61,465 bases of DNA from Casimicrobiaceae bacterium (lineage in GTDB: Bacteria > Pseudomonadota > Gammaproteobacteria > Burkholderiales > Casimicrobiaceae), in NCBI GenBank assembly GCA_044225355.1, contig JBGAIS010000001.1, positions 1-61,465 of the forward strand, given 5' to 3'. Position numbers and translations under genes: made by a program. The notes beneath the pieces were generated by a model that saw only the letters and a program-made list of their open reading frames with translations, had not been told where the DNA came from and did not search any database. Of this stretch, positions 49,942 through 58,990 are shown piece after piece (positions within the stretch are counted from its first letter, which is position 1; the number at the start of each line of letters is the position of its first letter).

Positions 49942-50115
49942 TGGGCTGTAACGGAGGAATCGGAAGTGAGCGATAGCGATATGGCGCCGCTATTCGGGCC
50001 GAGGGCGAGGCGCCGTTGCGAAGCAATGGCCCATCCCCTTGCGAGCAACGGCAACGAAGCCATCGGCACGAAGAGCAAGCCAGACACTTTCGATTCCTCC
50101 GTTACAGTCCACTAG
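49938..50115. mobile_element. MITE-like element with 31-bp terminal inverted repeats ending in CTAG
   Basis: Left end CTAGTGGGCTGTAACGGAGGAATCGGAAGTG versus reverse complement of the right end CTAGTGGACTGTAACGGAGGAATCGAAAGTG (2 mismatches); too short to encode a transposase. Confidence 0.75.
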
Positions 50116-50164
50116 AAGGATGCCGGCGGGGAGCGCCGGCCACATCGACGAAACGGAGGAGAGC

Positions 50165-51199
50165 ATGACGAGACGACATGAAGGGCGCAGGCGGTTCATC
50201 GGCCTGTCGATGGCGGCGATAACCGGGCTCGCGCTCGCGGGCCCGTCGCTCGCGCAATCCGCGGCCGGCGCGCCGTTCACCATCGGCAGCGTCCTCGACC
50301 CCAACATCAACATCCCGCTGCTGGTCGCCGACCAGCAGGGCTTCTTCAAGCAGTTCAACGTGCCCGCGACGGTGAAGCTCTTCCCGAGCGGCGCCGAGAT
50401 CGTGCAGGCGATCGCGGGCGGCAGCATCGACTTCGGCGCGACCGGCGGAGTGCCCGCGACCATCCTCGCGGGCCGCGGCACCGACGTGAAGGTGATCGCG
50501 CGCGTCGCCGACATCTCGTACGAGCTCGCGCTCGCGACCACGAAAGCGACGGGCATCACGAAGCCCCAGGACATCCAGGGCAAGACCGTCGCGATGACGA
50601 GCGGCACCGTGTCGCAGTACCTCGTCCTTGCGTTCGCCAAGCACTGGAACATTCCCCTCGACAGCTTCAAGCGTGTGAACCTGGGGCCCGCCGACCAGCT
50701 CAACGCGCTCGCGACCGGCAGCGTGCAGGTCGTCTCCGTGTGGGAGCCGTTCACGAGCCGCGTGCGCGAGAGCGGCGGTGTGATCCTGCAGACCGCGCTG
50801 CAGTCGCACTGGCCCGGCAAGGAGGGACCCGTGCGGCTCGTCGGCGATCCCGGCATCGTATTCGCGAAGAGCAGCTACCTCACCGCCAATCCCGAGACGG
50901 TGCGCAACCTGATGCGCGCGCTCGACGCCGCCACGAAGTGGGTGCACGCCAATCCCGAGAAGACCGCCGAGATCGCCGCGAAGGCGCTCAACGCATCTCA
51001 GGCGTCGGTGCTCGCGATGATCCGCACCAAGAACATCTACTTCAACTTCGACCAGGACTTAGTCGACGAGCTCACGGCGGAGGCCGCGTTCCTGCAGGAG
51101 CAGGGGCTTCTTCCCAAGACGTTCGCGGTGAAGAGCTGGCTCGCGCCCGAGTACATGCGCGCGGTGTTTCCGCAGCTCGTCGAGTACAAGGGACCGTGA
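50165..51199 (+). CDS. ABC substrate-binding protein, SsuA/TauA-like, probable Tat signal
   Basis: GRRRFIG leader; QGFF, FPSGAEI, DIQGKTVA, VWEPF. Confidence 0.88.
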   Translation: MTRRHEGRRRFIGLSMAAITGLALAGPSLAQSAAGAPFTIGSVLDPNINIPLLVADQQGFFKQFNVPATVKLFPSGAEIVQAIAGGSIDFGATGGVPATILAGRGTDVKVIARVADISYELALATTKATGITKPQDIQGKTVAMTSGTVSQYLVLAFAKHWNIPLDSFKRVNLGPADQLNALATGSVQVVSVWEPFTSRVRESGGVILQTALQSHWPGKEGPVRLVGDPGIVFAKSSYLTANPETVRNLMRALDAATKWVHANPEKTAEIAAKALNASQASVLAMIRTKNIYFNFDQDLVDELTAEAAFLQEQGLLPKTFAVKSWLAPEYMRAVFPQLVEYKGP

Positions 51200-52020
51200 T
51201 GGACGCCGCACCGCATGGCACGCGGATGTACGTGCAGCACCACGGCAACATGCACATGGACGCGCGCCGCATGGCCGGCGTGCCCGACTACTTCCAGCGT
51301 GCGAGCAACCGCGTCCCGCGCGACCTGTGGCTGCCGTGCCCGTGCCTCACGTTCCTCATCCGGCACCCGATGGGCAACATCCTGTTCGACGTGGGCTGCA
51401 GCGAGGACTGGGCCATCGAGTGGAAGGCCACGGGCATCGCGGAGATGGTGCCCTACGACGAGTGGACCGCCGAGCAGCAGCTCGAGCCCATGCTCGGCAA
51501 GGTCGGCGTGCGCGTGTCCGACATCGACCTCGTCGTGGCGAGCCACCTCCACATGGACCACTGCGGCAAGCTCGACCTCTTCGAGCGCGGGCACGCCGAC
51601 ATCCTCATCCAGCGCGCGGAGTACGAGGGCGCGATGCAGCTCAAGCCGCCGGGGCGAGGCGGCTACGTGACCTCGCAGTTCCGCGACCTCGACGTGCGCT
51701 GGCGCATGATCGAGGGCGACCACGACCTGGCGCAGGGCCTGCAGGTGCTCTCGCTGCCCGGGCACAGCTTCGGATCGCAGGGCATGGCGGTGCGGCTCGA
51801 GGACTCCGGGATGTTTGTCCTGGCCTCCGATGCCGCACAGGTGGCGCCCAACCTCAACGATCCGCCCATCGCGTCGCCCAACGTGTACGACAGCATGCGC
51901 TGGCGCGAGTCGATCCGGCGGCTGCAGCGCATGCGCGACGAGGAGGGCGCGCTCATCGTCTGCGGCCACGAGCCGAGCCAGCTCGAGGAGCTGAAGCTCA
52001 GCCCGGACTACTACACGTAG
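51199..52020 (+). CDS. MBL-fold lactonase (AiiA/AttM N-acyl-homoserine lactonase family)
   Basis: FLIRHPMGNILFDVG, SHLHMDHCG (HxHxDH), LPGHSFG, LASDA, CGHE. Confidence 0.85.
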   Translation: MDAAPHGTRMYVQHHGNMHMDARRMAGVPDYFQRASNRVPRDLWLPCPCLTFLIRHPMGNILFDVGCSEDWAIEWKATGIAEMVPYDEWTAEQQLEPMLGKVGVRVSDIDLVVASHLHMDHCGKLDLFERGHADILIQRAEYEGAMQLKPPGRGGYVTSQFRDLDVRWRMIEGDHDLAQGLQVLSLPGHSFGSQGMAVRLEDSGMFVLASDAAQVAPNLNDPPIASPNVYDSMRWRESIRRLQRMRDEEGALIVCGHEPSQLEELKLSPDYYT

Positions 52021-52021
52021 G

Positions 52022-52999
52022 TCACTCGGCCTTGATGCCGGCCTTGTCGATGACGTTGCGGTACTTCGCGACCTCGGCCTGGACGAGAGAGGCGAATTCC
52101 TTCGGCGTCGTGCTCCTGGGATCGGCGTCGAGCTTCACGAGGCGCTCGCGAACCTGCGGGTTGGCAAGCGCCTTCGCCACCGCGGCCTGCACCTTGCCGA
52201 CCACCGCCTCGGGCGTGCCCGCGGGCGCCATGAGCCCGTACCACTGGAGCACCTCGTAGCCCTTCACGATCTCGCCCATCGTGGGCACGTCCGGCATCTC
52301 GCGCGAGCGCTCGCTGCCCGTGACCGCGAGCACGCGGAGCTTGCCTGCCTTCGCATGAGGCGAGACGGTGGGCAGGCTCGTGAACGCGAAGGCGACCTCG
52401 TCGCCCAGGAGCGCCTGGATCTGCGGGGCGCCCCCCTTGTACGGGACGTGCACGACGTCGATGCCCGCGAGATTCTTGAAGAGCTCGCCCGCGAGGTGCG
52501 GGCCGCCCAGGTTGCCCGTCGACGCGAAGTTGAGCGCGCCGGGCTTCGACTTCGCGAGCGCGATGAGATCGCTGACCGAGCGCACCGGCAGAGACGCCGG
52601 CACGACGAGCGCGTACGCCGACGTGCCCACGAGGCTGATCGGCGCGAAGCTCTTCACGGCGTCGTAGTTGAGATCCTTGTACGCCGCCGGGACGATGGCG
52701 TTCGGCCCTACGCTTCCGAGGAGCAGCGTGTACCCGTCGGGGGCCGCCTTGGCGGCGATCTCCGTGCCGATGCGGCCGCTCGCGCCGGGATGGTTCTCCA
52801 CGACGAAGCTCTGGCCCAGCTCGCGCGAGAGCGCTTCGGCAACGACGCGCGCGGTGGAGTCGACGCCCCCCGCGGGCGGGAACGGCGCGATGACGCGAAC
52901 CGCGCGCTCGGGATAGTCGGCGTGCGCGGCGCTCGCCGCGAGCGCGATCAGCGCGGCCACCGCCGCGCGACGAAGCGTCCGGAATCCTGCAACGATCAT
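52022..52999 (-). CDS. Bug/TctC substrate-binding protein
   Basis: YPERAVRVIAPFPPAGGVD, PDGYTLL, HVPYKGGAP. Confidence 0.92.
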   Translation of the reverse strand: MIVAGFRTLRRAAVAALIALAASAAHADYPERAVRVIAPFPPAGGVDSTARVVAEALSRELGQSFVVENHPGASGRIGTEIAAKAAPDGYTLLLGSVGPNAIVPAAYKDLNYDAVKSFAPISLVGTSAYALVVPASLPVRSVSDLIALAKSKPGALNFASTGNLGGPHLAGELFKNLAGIDVVHVPYKGGAPQIQALLGDEVAFAFTSLPTVSPHAKAGKLRVLAVTGSERSREMPDVPTMGEIVKGYEVLQWYGLMAPAGTPEAVVGKVQAAVAKALANPQVRERLVKLDADPRSTTPKEFASLVQAEVAKYRNVIDKAGIKAE

Positions 53000-53011
53000 G
53001 AGCTTCCTCCT

Positions 53012-55348
53012 TCAGTAGACGACGCCGTCTTCGACGAGCGCGGCGTATTGCGAATCGGTCAATCCGAGCGTCCCGCACAGCACGTGCCGGCTGTCGGCGC
53101 CCAGGACGGGCGCATGCGTGACCTGGCCGCTCCTGTCGCCGAAGCGCCAGATCGGGCCGTACAGCGATTGCGTGCCGGCTTCGGGATGGGTCACCGGCTG
53201 GAAGAATCCGCGCGCGGCGAGATGCGGGTCCTCGAGCAGCGTTCGCGCATCGTGCGACATCGCCGCGGCCACGCCCGCCGATTGCAGCGCGTGCATCGCG
53301 GACGCGCTGTCGCGCGCGAGAGTCCATGCGGCAATCGCGGCGTCGATCTCGCCCGCGCGCTTCCGGCGGCCGTCGGCGGTGCCGAGCGCCGGGTCTTCGA
53401 GCCATCGCGCTTCGCCCAGCGTCCTCGCCAGCGCGCGCCACGACGCGTCGTCCGCGACGCTCAGCGCGACCCAGGCGTCGTCGCCCGCGCACGGATAGCA
53501 GCCGTGCGGGAATCGATGCGGATCGTCGTTGCCCAGCGCCGCGCATGCGCGTCCGGCGAGCGCGGAGCTCAGCACGTCGCCGACGAGCGTTGCGGACACC
53601 TCGAGCTCGGAGACGTCCACGTAGGCGCCCCGTCCGCTGGACGCGCGCTCGTGCAGCGCCGCGACGATCGCCGCCGCCGCGTGGATGGCGGAGCCCGTGT
53701 CCGGGAACATCCCGCCGAGCGCGTTGGGCGCGCCCCCCGGGTACGCAGTGAGCCAGTCGAGCCCCGCCCATGCGTCGAGCGACGGTCCGTATCCGATGAG
53801 CGACTTCTGCGGGCCATCCTGTCCGAACGCGGACAGCGACACCATGACGAGGCCGGGATGGTCTCGACAGAGCGATTCGTAGTCGAGGCCGAGGCGCTCC
53901 ATTACGCCGGGCGCGAAGTTCTCGATCACCACGTCGGCGGTGGCGACGAGCCTGCGCGCGAGCGCGCGGCCTTCATCGGTGGTGAGATTCAGCGCCACGC
54001 TGCGCTTGCCGCGATTCTGCGCGTTCCACACGCCGCTGCGATTGTGGTCGCGCGTGCCTCCGGCATACGGACCCTGGCGCCGATGGATGTCGAGGCGACG
54101 CGCGCTCTCGACCTTGATCACTTCCGCGCCCATGTCGGCCAGGAGGGCGGCGCAGTAAGGCCCGGCCCACACGTGGCCGAAGTCGACGACTCGCACGCCG
54201 GCGAGCGGGGCGTCGCGACGCGTGGGTCGAGGCGCGGAAGGCGCGCGACGCGCGACGTCCTCCGTCGAATGCTGCGGACGGCGGATCACGAACGGCGCGC
54301 GAGGCACGACGCGCGCGCGCCCGCCGTCGTCGTGCACGGTCTCGAAGAATCCCCTCGCGTGGAGCTGCGGAATGAGGATGACGTCCGCGGGATCGTCGAT
54401 GGGCGCGAACGGCACGCCGCGGCGCTGCGCCTCCCAGGCGAAGTCGCCCTTCGATTGCGTGAGGAGCCAGGGCGCGATGCGCGCCTCGATGTCGTGGCGC
54501 TCCGCGAAGCGGCCTCGGCGTCGTGAGGTAGCGCGGGTCACATGCGCCCACTCGGGCCGGCCCATCATCTCGACCAGACCCTCCCAGTGATACGGCTCCA
54601 CCACCTGGAGAAAGACGAAGCCGTCGCGGCACGGCTTGACGCCATACGGCGCGAGGCGCCACACGCGCATGAACCGCGACGCCACGCGTCCCTCGATCTG
54701 CGCGAGCGCGATCTCGCGGCGCATGGTCGGAATGGCGCTCTCGAGCATCGAGACGTCGACGACGCCGCCCTCGCCATCGCGGTCGCGCGCGACGAGCCCG
54801 CACAGGGCCGCCGCGGCGGCGCTCGCGCCGGCGTAGATCGAGAGGAGCGAGGCGGGCATCTTGAGCGGCGGCGGCAGCGGTCCGCGCTCGGGCTTCTGGA
54901 TGTCGCGGGGCGTGAGGTGCGCGAGCCCCGAGAGGAACGCGATCTCGAGGTCGCCTCCGCGGAAGTCGCGGTAGGGCCCCGTGAGGCCATAGGGGGTCAC
55001 GCACGCGGCGACGAGCCGCGGGTTGATGTCGCGCAGAGACGTCGCGCCGAGCTCGCGGGCGAGGGCGTCGGGGTCGAGGTCCGTGACGAGCACGTCGCAG
55101 GCGCGAATGGCCTCGATGCGGCCCGCGCCGCCGCCTTCGAGCGCGCGCTTGCGGCTGTCGAGCCAGGCGCGGACCTCCGGAAGCCCGTCGAGCCCGGGAC
55201 GGATGCCGGCCGGCGCGCGCGTGACGGCGGCGCCCAGGTCGGCCAGGAGCTTCGCGGCGTAGGCGCACGCGAGTCCCTGCCCCCACTCGAGCACCCGGCA
55301 CGAGGTGAGGAGGCGTGCGACCGGCGGAGGGGGGCTCGTGCTCGTCAT
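53012..55348 (-). CDS. Class III CoA-transferase (CaiB/BaiF), two fused domains
   Basis: Two repeats: AYAAKLLADLGA...TPYGLTGPY, and PLAGVRVVDFGHVWAGP...NRGKRS...ENFAPG...SAFGQDGP. Confidence 0.92.
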   Translation of the reverse strand: MTSTSPPPPVARLLTSCRVLEWGQGLACAYAAKLLADLGAAVTRAPAGIRPGLDGLPEVRAWLDSRKRALEGGGAGRIEAIRACDVLVTDLDPDALARELGATSLRDINPRLVAACVTPYGLTGPYRDFRGGDLEIAFLSGLAHLTPRDIQKPERGPLPPPLKMPASLLSIYAGASAAAAALCGLVARDRDGEGGVVDVSMLESAIPTMRREIALAQIEGRVASRFMRVWRLAPYGVKPCRDGFVFLQVVEPYHWEGLVEMMGRPEWAHVTRATSRRRGRFAERHDIEARIAPWLLTQSKGDFAWEAQRRGVPFAPIDDPADVILIPQLHARGFFETVHDDGGRARVVPRAPFVIRRPQHSTEDVARRAPSAPRPTRRDAPLAGVRVVDFGHVWAGPYCAALLADMGAEVIKVESARRLDIHRRQGPYAGGTRDHNRSGVWNAQNRGKRSVALNLTTDEGRALARRLVATADVVIENFAPGVMERLGLDYESLCRDHPGLVMVSLSAFGQDGPQKSLIGYGPSLDAWAGLDWLTAYPGGAPNALGGMFPDTGSAIHAAAAIVAALHERASSGRGAYVDVSELEVSATLVGDVLSSALAGRACAALGNDDPHRFPHGCYPCAGDDAWVALSVADDASWRALARTLGEARWLEDPALGTADGRRKRAGEIDAAIAAWTLARDSASAMHALQSAGVAAAMSHDARTLLEDPHLAARGFFQPVTHPEAGTQSLYGPIWRFGDRSGQVTHAPVLGADSRHVLCGTLGLTDSQYAALVEDGVVY

Positions 55349-55376
55349 CGCAGGAACTGTAGCTGTCGACTGGATG

Positions 55377-55389
55377 ATTGTATGATAAT
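55377..55389. promoter_or_regulatory. Candidate GntR(FCD) operator / -10 region ATTGTATGATAAT
   Basis: AT-rich site in the divergent gap; near-copy ATTGTATGACAGT at 58083-58095. Confidence 0.45.
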
Positions 55390-55461
55390 AGACAAAATTC
55401 GCCTACCCCGATTGCGGGGCTTGCAGGCGCGGCCCGCCCCGCGGGGAATCGAGGAGCTTTC

Positions 55462-55992
55462 ATGGACCAGGACAACGCGAGCGCCCGCGGCGCCGCCACC
55501 CGCATCGCCGAGGACGAGCACGGCAAGCGCACGACCTTCGAGGAGATCGAGGTCGGCAAGGACCTGGGCGAGATCGAGTGGCGGATCAGCCGCGAGGACG
55601 TCGACAAGCAGTGCCGCATCGACCACGACTATCACCCGTGGTACTTCCTCGGGCACGCGGGGGGCGACCCCATCGCGCCGCCGCAGATCCAGTACCGCCC
55701 TCCGCGCTGGCTCATCTCGCGGACGTACAACGTGCGCGGCCTCTTCTACAAGTGGGACTTCGAGAACGTGGCGCCGCTGCCCGTCGAAGCGCCCATCTCG
55801 GTGCGCGGCCGCATCGCCGGCAAGTGGATCGAGCGCGAGCGCGAATACGTGAAGTTCGAGGCGACGGGATACGACGCCTCGGGCGCGGTGCTCTTCCGCA
55901 CCGCCCGCGTGCACGTCCTCGACGTGGTCAAGCGCACGGCGCCGCGCGAGGGTCGCGGGCTCGACAGCGGCATCAAGCGAGAGAAGATCTAG
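55462..55992 (+). CDS. Single hot-dog MaoC-like protein (subunit A)
   Basis: FEEIEVGKDLG, DHDYHPWY, PIAPP, REYV; GAGGAG RBS. Confidence 0.7.
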   Translation: MDQDNASARGAATRIAEDEHGKRTTFEEIEVGKDLGEIEWRISREDVDKQCRIDHDYHPWYFLGHAGGDPIAPPQIQYRPPRWLISRTYNVRGLFYKWDFENVAPLPVEAPISVRGRIAGKWIEREREYVKFEATGYDASGAVLFRTARVHVLDVVKRTAPREGRGLDSGIKREKI

Positions 55993-56004
55993 AGGGAGCC
56001 AGCC

Positions 56005-56415
56005 ATGCACACGCAACCGCTCATCAATGGCGACGTACCCCTGGGAACCCGCCTGCCGTCGCAGTCGATGAAGTACACGGTGGACATGTTCAAGCTGGGC
56101 GACGTCAAGACGCTGCACAACGACATGGACGCCGCGCGCCTCGAAGGCCTGCCGCGCCCGGTGGCGGTGGCGCCGCAGGTCGCGGCGCTCATCTTCCGCA
56201 TGATGACGGCGTGCTTCGACGGCGGCTGGATCGTCGGCGGCAAGGGCTCGCTCACCTTCCGGCGCCCCGTGTGGTCCGACGACTTCGCCACCGCGCACGG
56301 CGTCGTGACGGGCAAGGCCATCGAAGGCGAGCGCACGCGCGTCACGTGCGAGGTGTGGATCGAGCGCGCCGACGGCGAGCGCGCGGTGGTGGGGACCTGC
56401 AGCGCGCTGTGCTAG
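56005..56415 (+). CDS. Single hot-dog MaoC-like dehydratase (subunit B)
   Basis: GDVKTLHNDMDAARLEGLPRPVA, LTFRRPV, VVGTCSA. Confidence 0.75.
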   Translation: MHTQPLINGDVPLGTRLPSQSMKYTVDMFKLGDVKTLHNDMDAARLEGLPRPVAVAPQVAALIFRMMTACFDGGWIVGGKGSLTFRRPVWSDDFATAHGVVTGKAIEGERTRVTCEVWIERADGERAVVGTCSALC

Positions 56416-56422
56416 AGCCGTC

Positions 56423-57331
56423 CTAGTTCTTCTGGCCGACCAGGTACTCCTTGGTCGAGAACGTCCGGCTGTCGCGCGGCCGCCAGGTGCCAAGCTCGAT
56501 GGACGTGAAGAAGTCGTAGAGCATGGCGTTGAAGAGGCCTGGCTCCTCGAGGTTGAGGGTGTGGCCGATGCGCGGCAGCACGCACAGCCCGGCGGTGGGA
56601 ATGTGCTTCTTCATGAAGATGCCCGGGGCGAGCGTCTGCTCGTCTTCGTCGCCCGTGATGAGGAGGACCGGCACTTGCATCCGCTTGAATTCCTCGGCGA
56701 ACGACATGACCGACGGCCTGGCTGCCACCACGTAGCGAAGCGACATGGCCCGGCCGGTTGGAGACAAGGCCTTGAACTGGTCAGCGAACTCCTTCCACCC
56801 GCGGGGATCCTTCAGCATGAACTGCACGCGCGTCGCGCCTTCGCTGTATCGCGTCGACGCGGCATCTGCCGTCCCGGGGTTGTCGAGGAGGTCGGCAAAC
56901 TCGAAGAAGTTCTTGCGATGGATGTCCTCCCACTGAGGCTCGGCGCCGTAGCCACAGCACACCGGCACGATGGACCGCGCGAGCTCCGGATGACGCAGGC
57001 CGAAGAACAGCGTCGTGAACGATCCCATCGAAAAGCCGACGACATGCGCCTTGTCGATCGACAGGTGGCGCAGGAGCTGCGCCACGTCCTCCACCGCGAG
57101 CCATTGCCCGTATTTGGACGCGTCGGTCGGCACGTCCGAAGGCGGATAGCCGCGCGCATTGAAAGTGATCACGCGGAAGCGGTGAGAGAAGTAGCGAACC
57201 TGCGGCTCCCAGCTTCGCAGGTCGCCCGCGAACTCGTGGCAGAACACGATGGGTGGGCCGGAACCCGTATCCTCGTAATAGAGTCGCACGCCGTCGGACG
57301 TGGTGAAGTAGCCAGAGCTGACTTGATGCAT
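56423..57331 (-). CDS. Alpha/beta hydrolase
   Basis: DGVRLYYEDTG, HEFAGD, VGFSMG nucleophile elbow, GDED, GHTLNLEEP. Confidence 0.9.
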   Translation of the reverse strand: MHQVSSGYFTTSDGVRLYYEDTGSGPPIVFCHEFAGDLRSWEPQVRYFSHRFRVITFNARGYPPSDVPTDASKYGQWLAVEDVAQLLRHLSIDKAHVVGFSMGSFTTLFFGLRHPELARSIVPVCCGYGAEPQWEDIHRKNFFEFADLLDNPGTADAASTRYSEGATRVQFMLKDPRGWKEFADQFKALSPTGRAMSLRYVVAARPSVMSFAEEFKRMQVPVLLITGDEDEQTLAPGIFMKKHIPTAGLCVLPRIGHTLNLEEPGLFNAMLYDFFTSIELGTWRPRDSRTFSTKEYLVGQKN

Positions 57332-57352
57332 GGCGCTGTTCCCTTCGTTTCC

Positions 57353-58084
57353 TTACTTGCGCGAGGACAATGGCCGCAGCGCGAGCGCCGAGCGCGCTGC
57401 GTCGAGGGCGAGCTCGGCCGCCCGCTCGATGTGCCGCTCGGCGGCGCGTCGCGCGGCGACGGGATCCTGCTTGGCGATGGCCGCCAATATGGCGCGCGCG
57501 CCATCGACGCTCTCCTTGATGCGCGGCTTGCGGTTGACGTCGAGCCCGCGTACGAGCGTCACCCGCGCGCGGAGGCGCTGCAGCATCTGCTTGAGCTCGG
57601 GGTTGCGCGCTGCATCGTACAGGCGGTCGAAGAACGCGGTCTTGGCGTGCTGGAGCGTCGTGAAGTCGTCGCTCGCGACGGCTCGTCGCATCGTGTCGAG
57701 GGATGCGGTGAGGGCTCGCACATCCTCCCTGGACGCGAGGAGGGCGCATTGCGCGCTTGCGAAGCCCTCGAGCTCGCGCCGGACCGCGTACACGCCTTCG
57801 GCCTCTTCGGGCGTCAGGCTAGGGACCGCGGGGCCCTTGTTGGGCTCGAGCGTGAGAAGGCCCTCGGCCTCGAGTTGGCGCAGGCCTTCCCGCAGCGTGG
57901 TGCGACTTACGCCAAGTCGCTCGCAAAGCTCGCGCTCGATGAGGCGGCCGCCCGGCTCGAACACGCATTCGGTGATGGCGTTTCGAAGGATGTCGACCAC
58001 TTGCTGGCGCAGCGGTCTCGGCACTACCTCCCGCAGGGCGGCAACAGTCACGCTGGCCTCTTTCCGGGTACCTGATTCTTCCAT
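57353..58084 (-). CDS. GntR family regulator (FCD domain)
   Basis: PGGRLIERELCERLGVSRTTLREGLRQLEAEGL; FCD-like C-terminus. Confidence 0.92.
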   Translation of the reverse strand: MEESGTRKEASVTVAALREVVPRPLRQQVVDILRNAITECVFEPGGRLIERELCERLGVSRTTLREGLRQLEAEGLLTLEPNKGPAVPSLTPEEAEGVYAVRRELEGFASAQCALLASREDVRALTASLDTMRRAVASDDFTTLQHAKTAFFDRLYDAARNPELKQMLQRLRARVTLVRGLDVNRKPRIKESVDGARAILAAIAKQDPVAARRAAERHIERAAELALDAARSALALRPLSSRK

Positions 58085-58171
58085 TGTATGACAGTCGACG
58101 TTATGATTCCAATAGTGCGCGAGCGACGTTCCCGGAGCGGGTGAGGCGTCGGCGGCAGCGAGGTGATGTAG

Positions 58172-58990
58172 ATGACGGAAGCTGGCACGAGAGCGGAGGG
58201 GAGGATCGCTGCATCCGGCGCGCGGCCGGTGTCGATTCGCGTCGCCGGTGCGGAGGTGCGTTATGGCGAGCACCTCGCGCTCGAGCATGTCGACCTCGAC
58301 GTCCATGAAGGCGAGTTCATCTGCCTGCTTGGGCCTTCCGGATGTGGAAAGACCACCCTGCTCAATGCCATCGCCGGCTTCGTCGAACCCACGTCGGGCC
58401 ACATCGAGGTGGGTGCCCGTGCTGTCGCAGGACCGGGACCCGACCGCGGCGTCGTCTTCCAGGAGTACGCGTTGTTTCCGTGGTGGACCGTCGAGCGCAA
58501 CATCCAGTACGGTCCTCGGCTGCGCGGAGTTCGGGGGGATGCGCTGCGCGCAATCTCCGACCGCTACTGCCGCATGGTGGGGCTCGAGGGCGCGGCGAAG
58601 CGCTACCCCATCCAGCTATCGGGAGGCATGCGACAGCGCGTCGCGATCGCCCGTGCCCTCGCCAATGATCCACGCATACTCCTCATGGACGAGCCCTTCG
58701 GCGCCCTCGACGCGATGACGCGCCAGACGCTGCAGGAGGAGTTGCTCAAGATATGGGAATCCGAGCGACGCACGGTCATCTTCGTCACGCACAGCATCGC
58801 CGAGGCCGTATTCCTTGCCGATCGCGTCGTCGTGATGACCGCCCACCCCGGCCGCGTCAAGGCCGTGCTTGACAACGCCGCGCCTCATCCACGCACGCGG
58901 ACCTCCGACCAGGCGTTCGACCTCTACCGGGAGATAGACCGCATGTTCCAGGAGGAGTCGCTCGTGCATGCCGATGGAGGGCGGCGATGA
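58172..58990 (+). CDS. ABC ATPase, SsuB/TauB family
   Basis: [35 protein letters not shown]. Confidence 0.93.
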   Translation: MTEAGTRAEGRIAASGARPVSIRVAGAEVRYGEHLALEHVDLDVHEGEFICLLGPSGCGKTTLLNAIAGFVEPTSGHIEVGARAVAGPGPDRGVVFQEYALFPWWTVERNIQYGPRLRGVRGDALRAISDRYCRMVGLEGAAKRYPIQLSGGMRQRVAIARALANDPRILLMDEPFGALDAMTRQTLQEELLKIWESERRTVIFVTHSIAEAVFLADRVVVMTAHPGRVKAVLDNAAPHPRTRTSDQAFDLYREIDRMFQEESLVHADGGRR

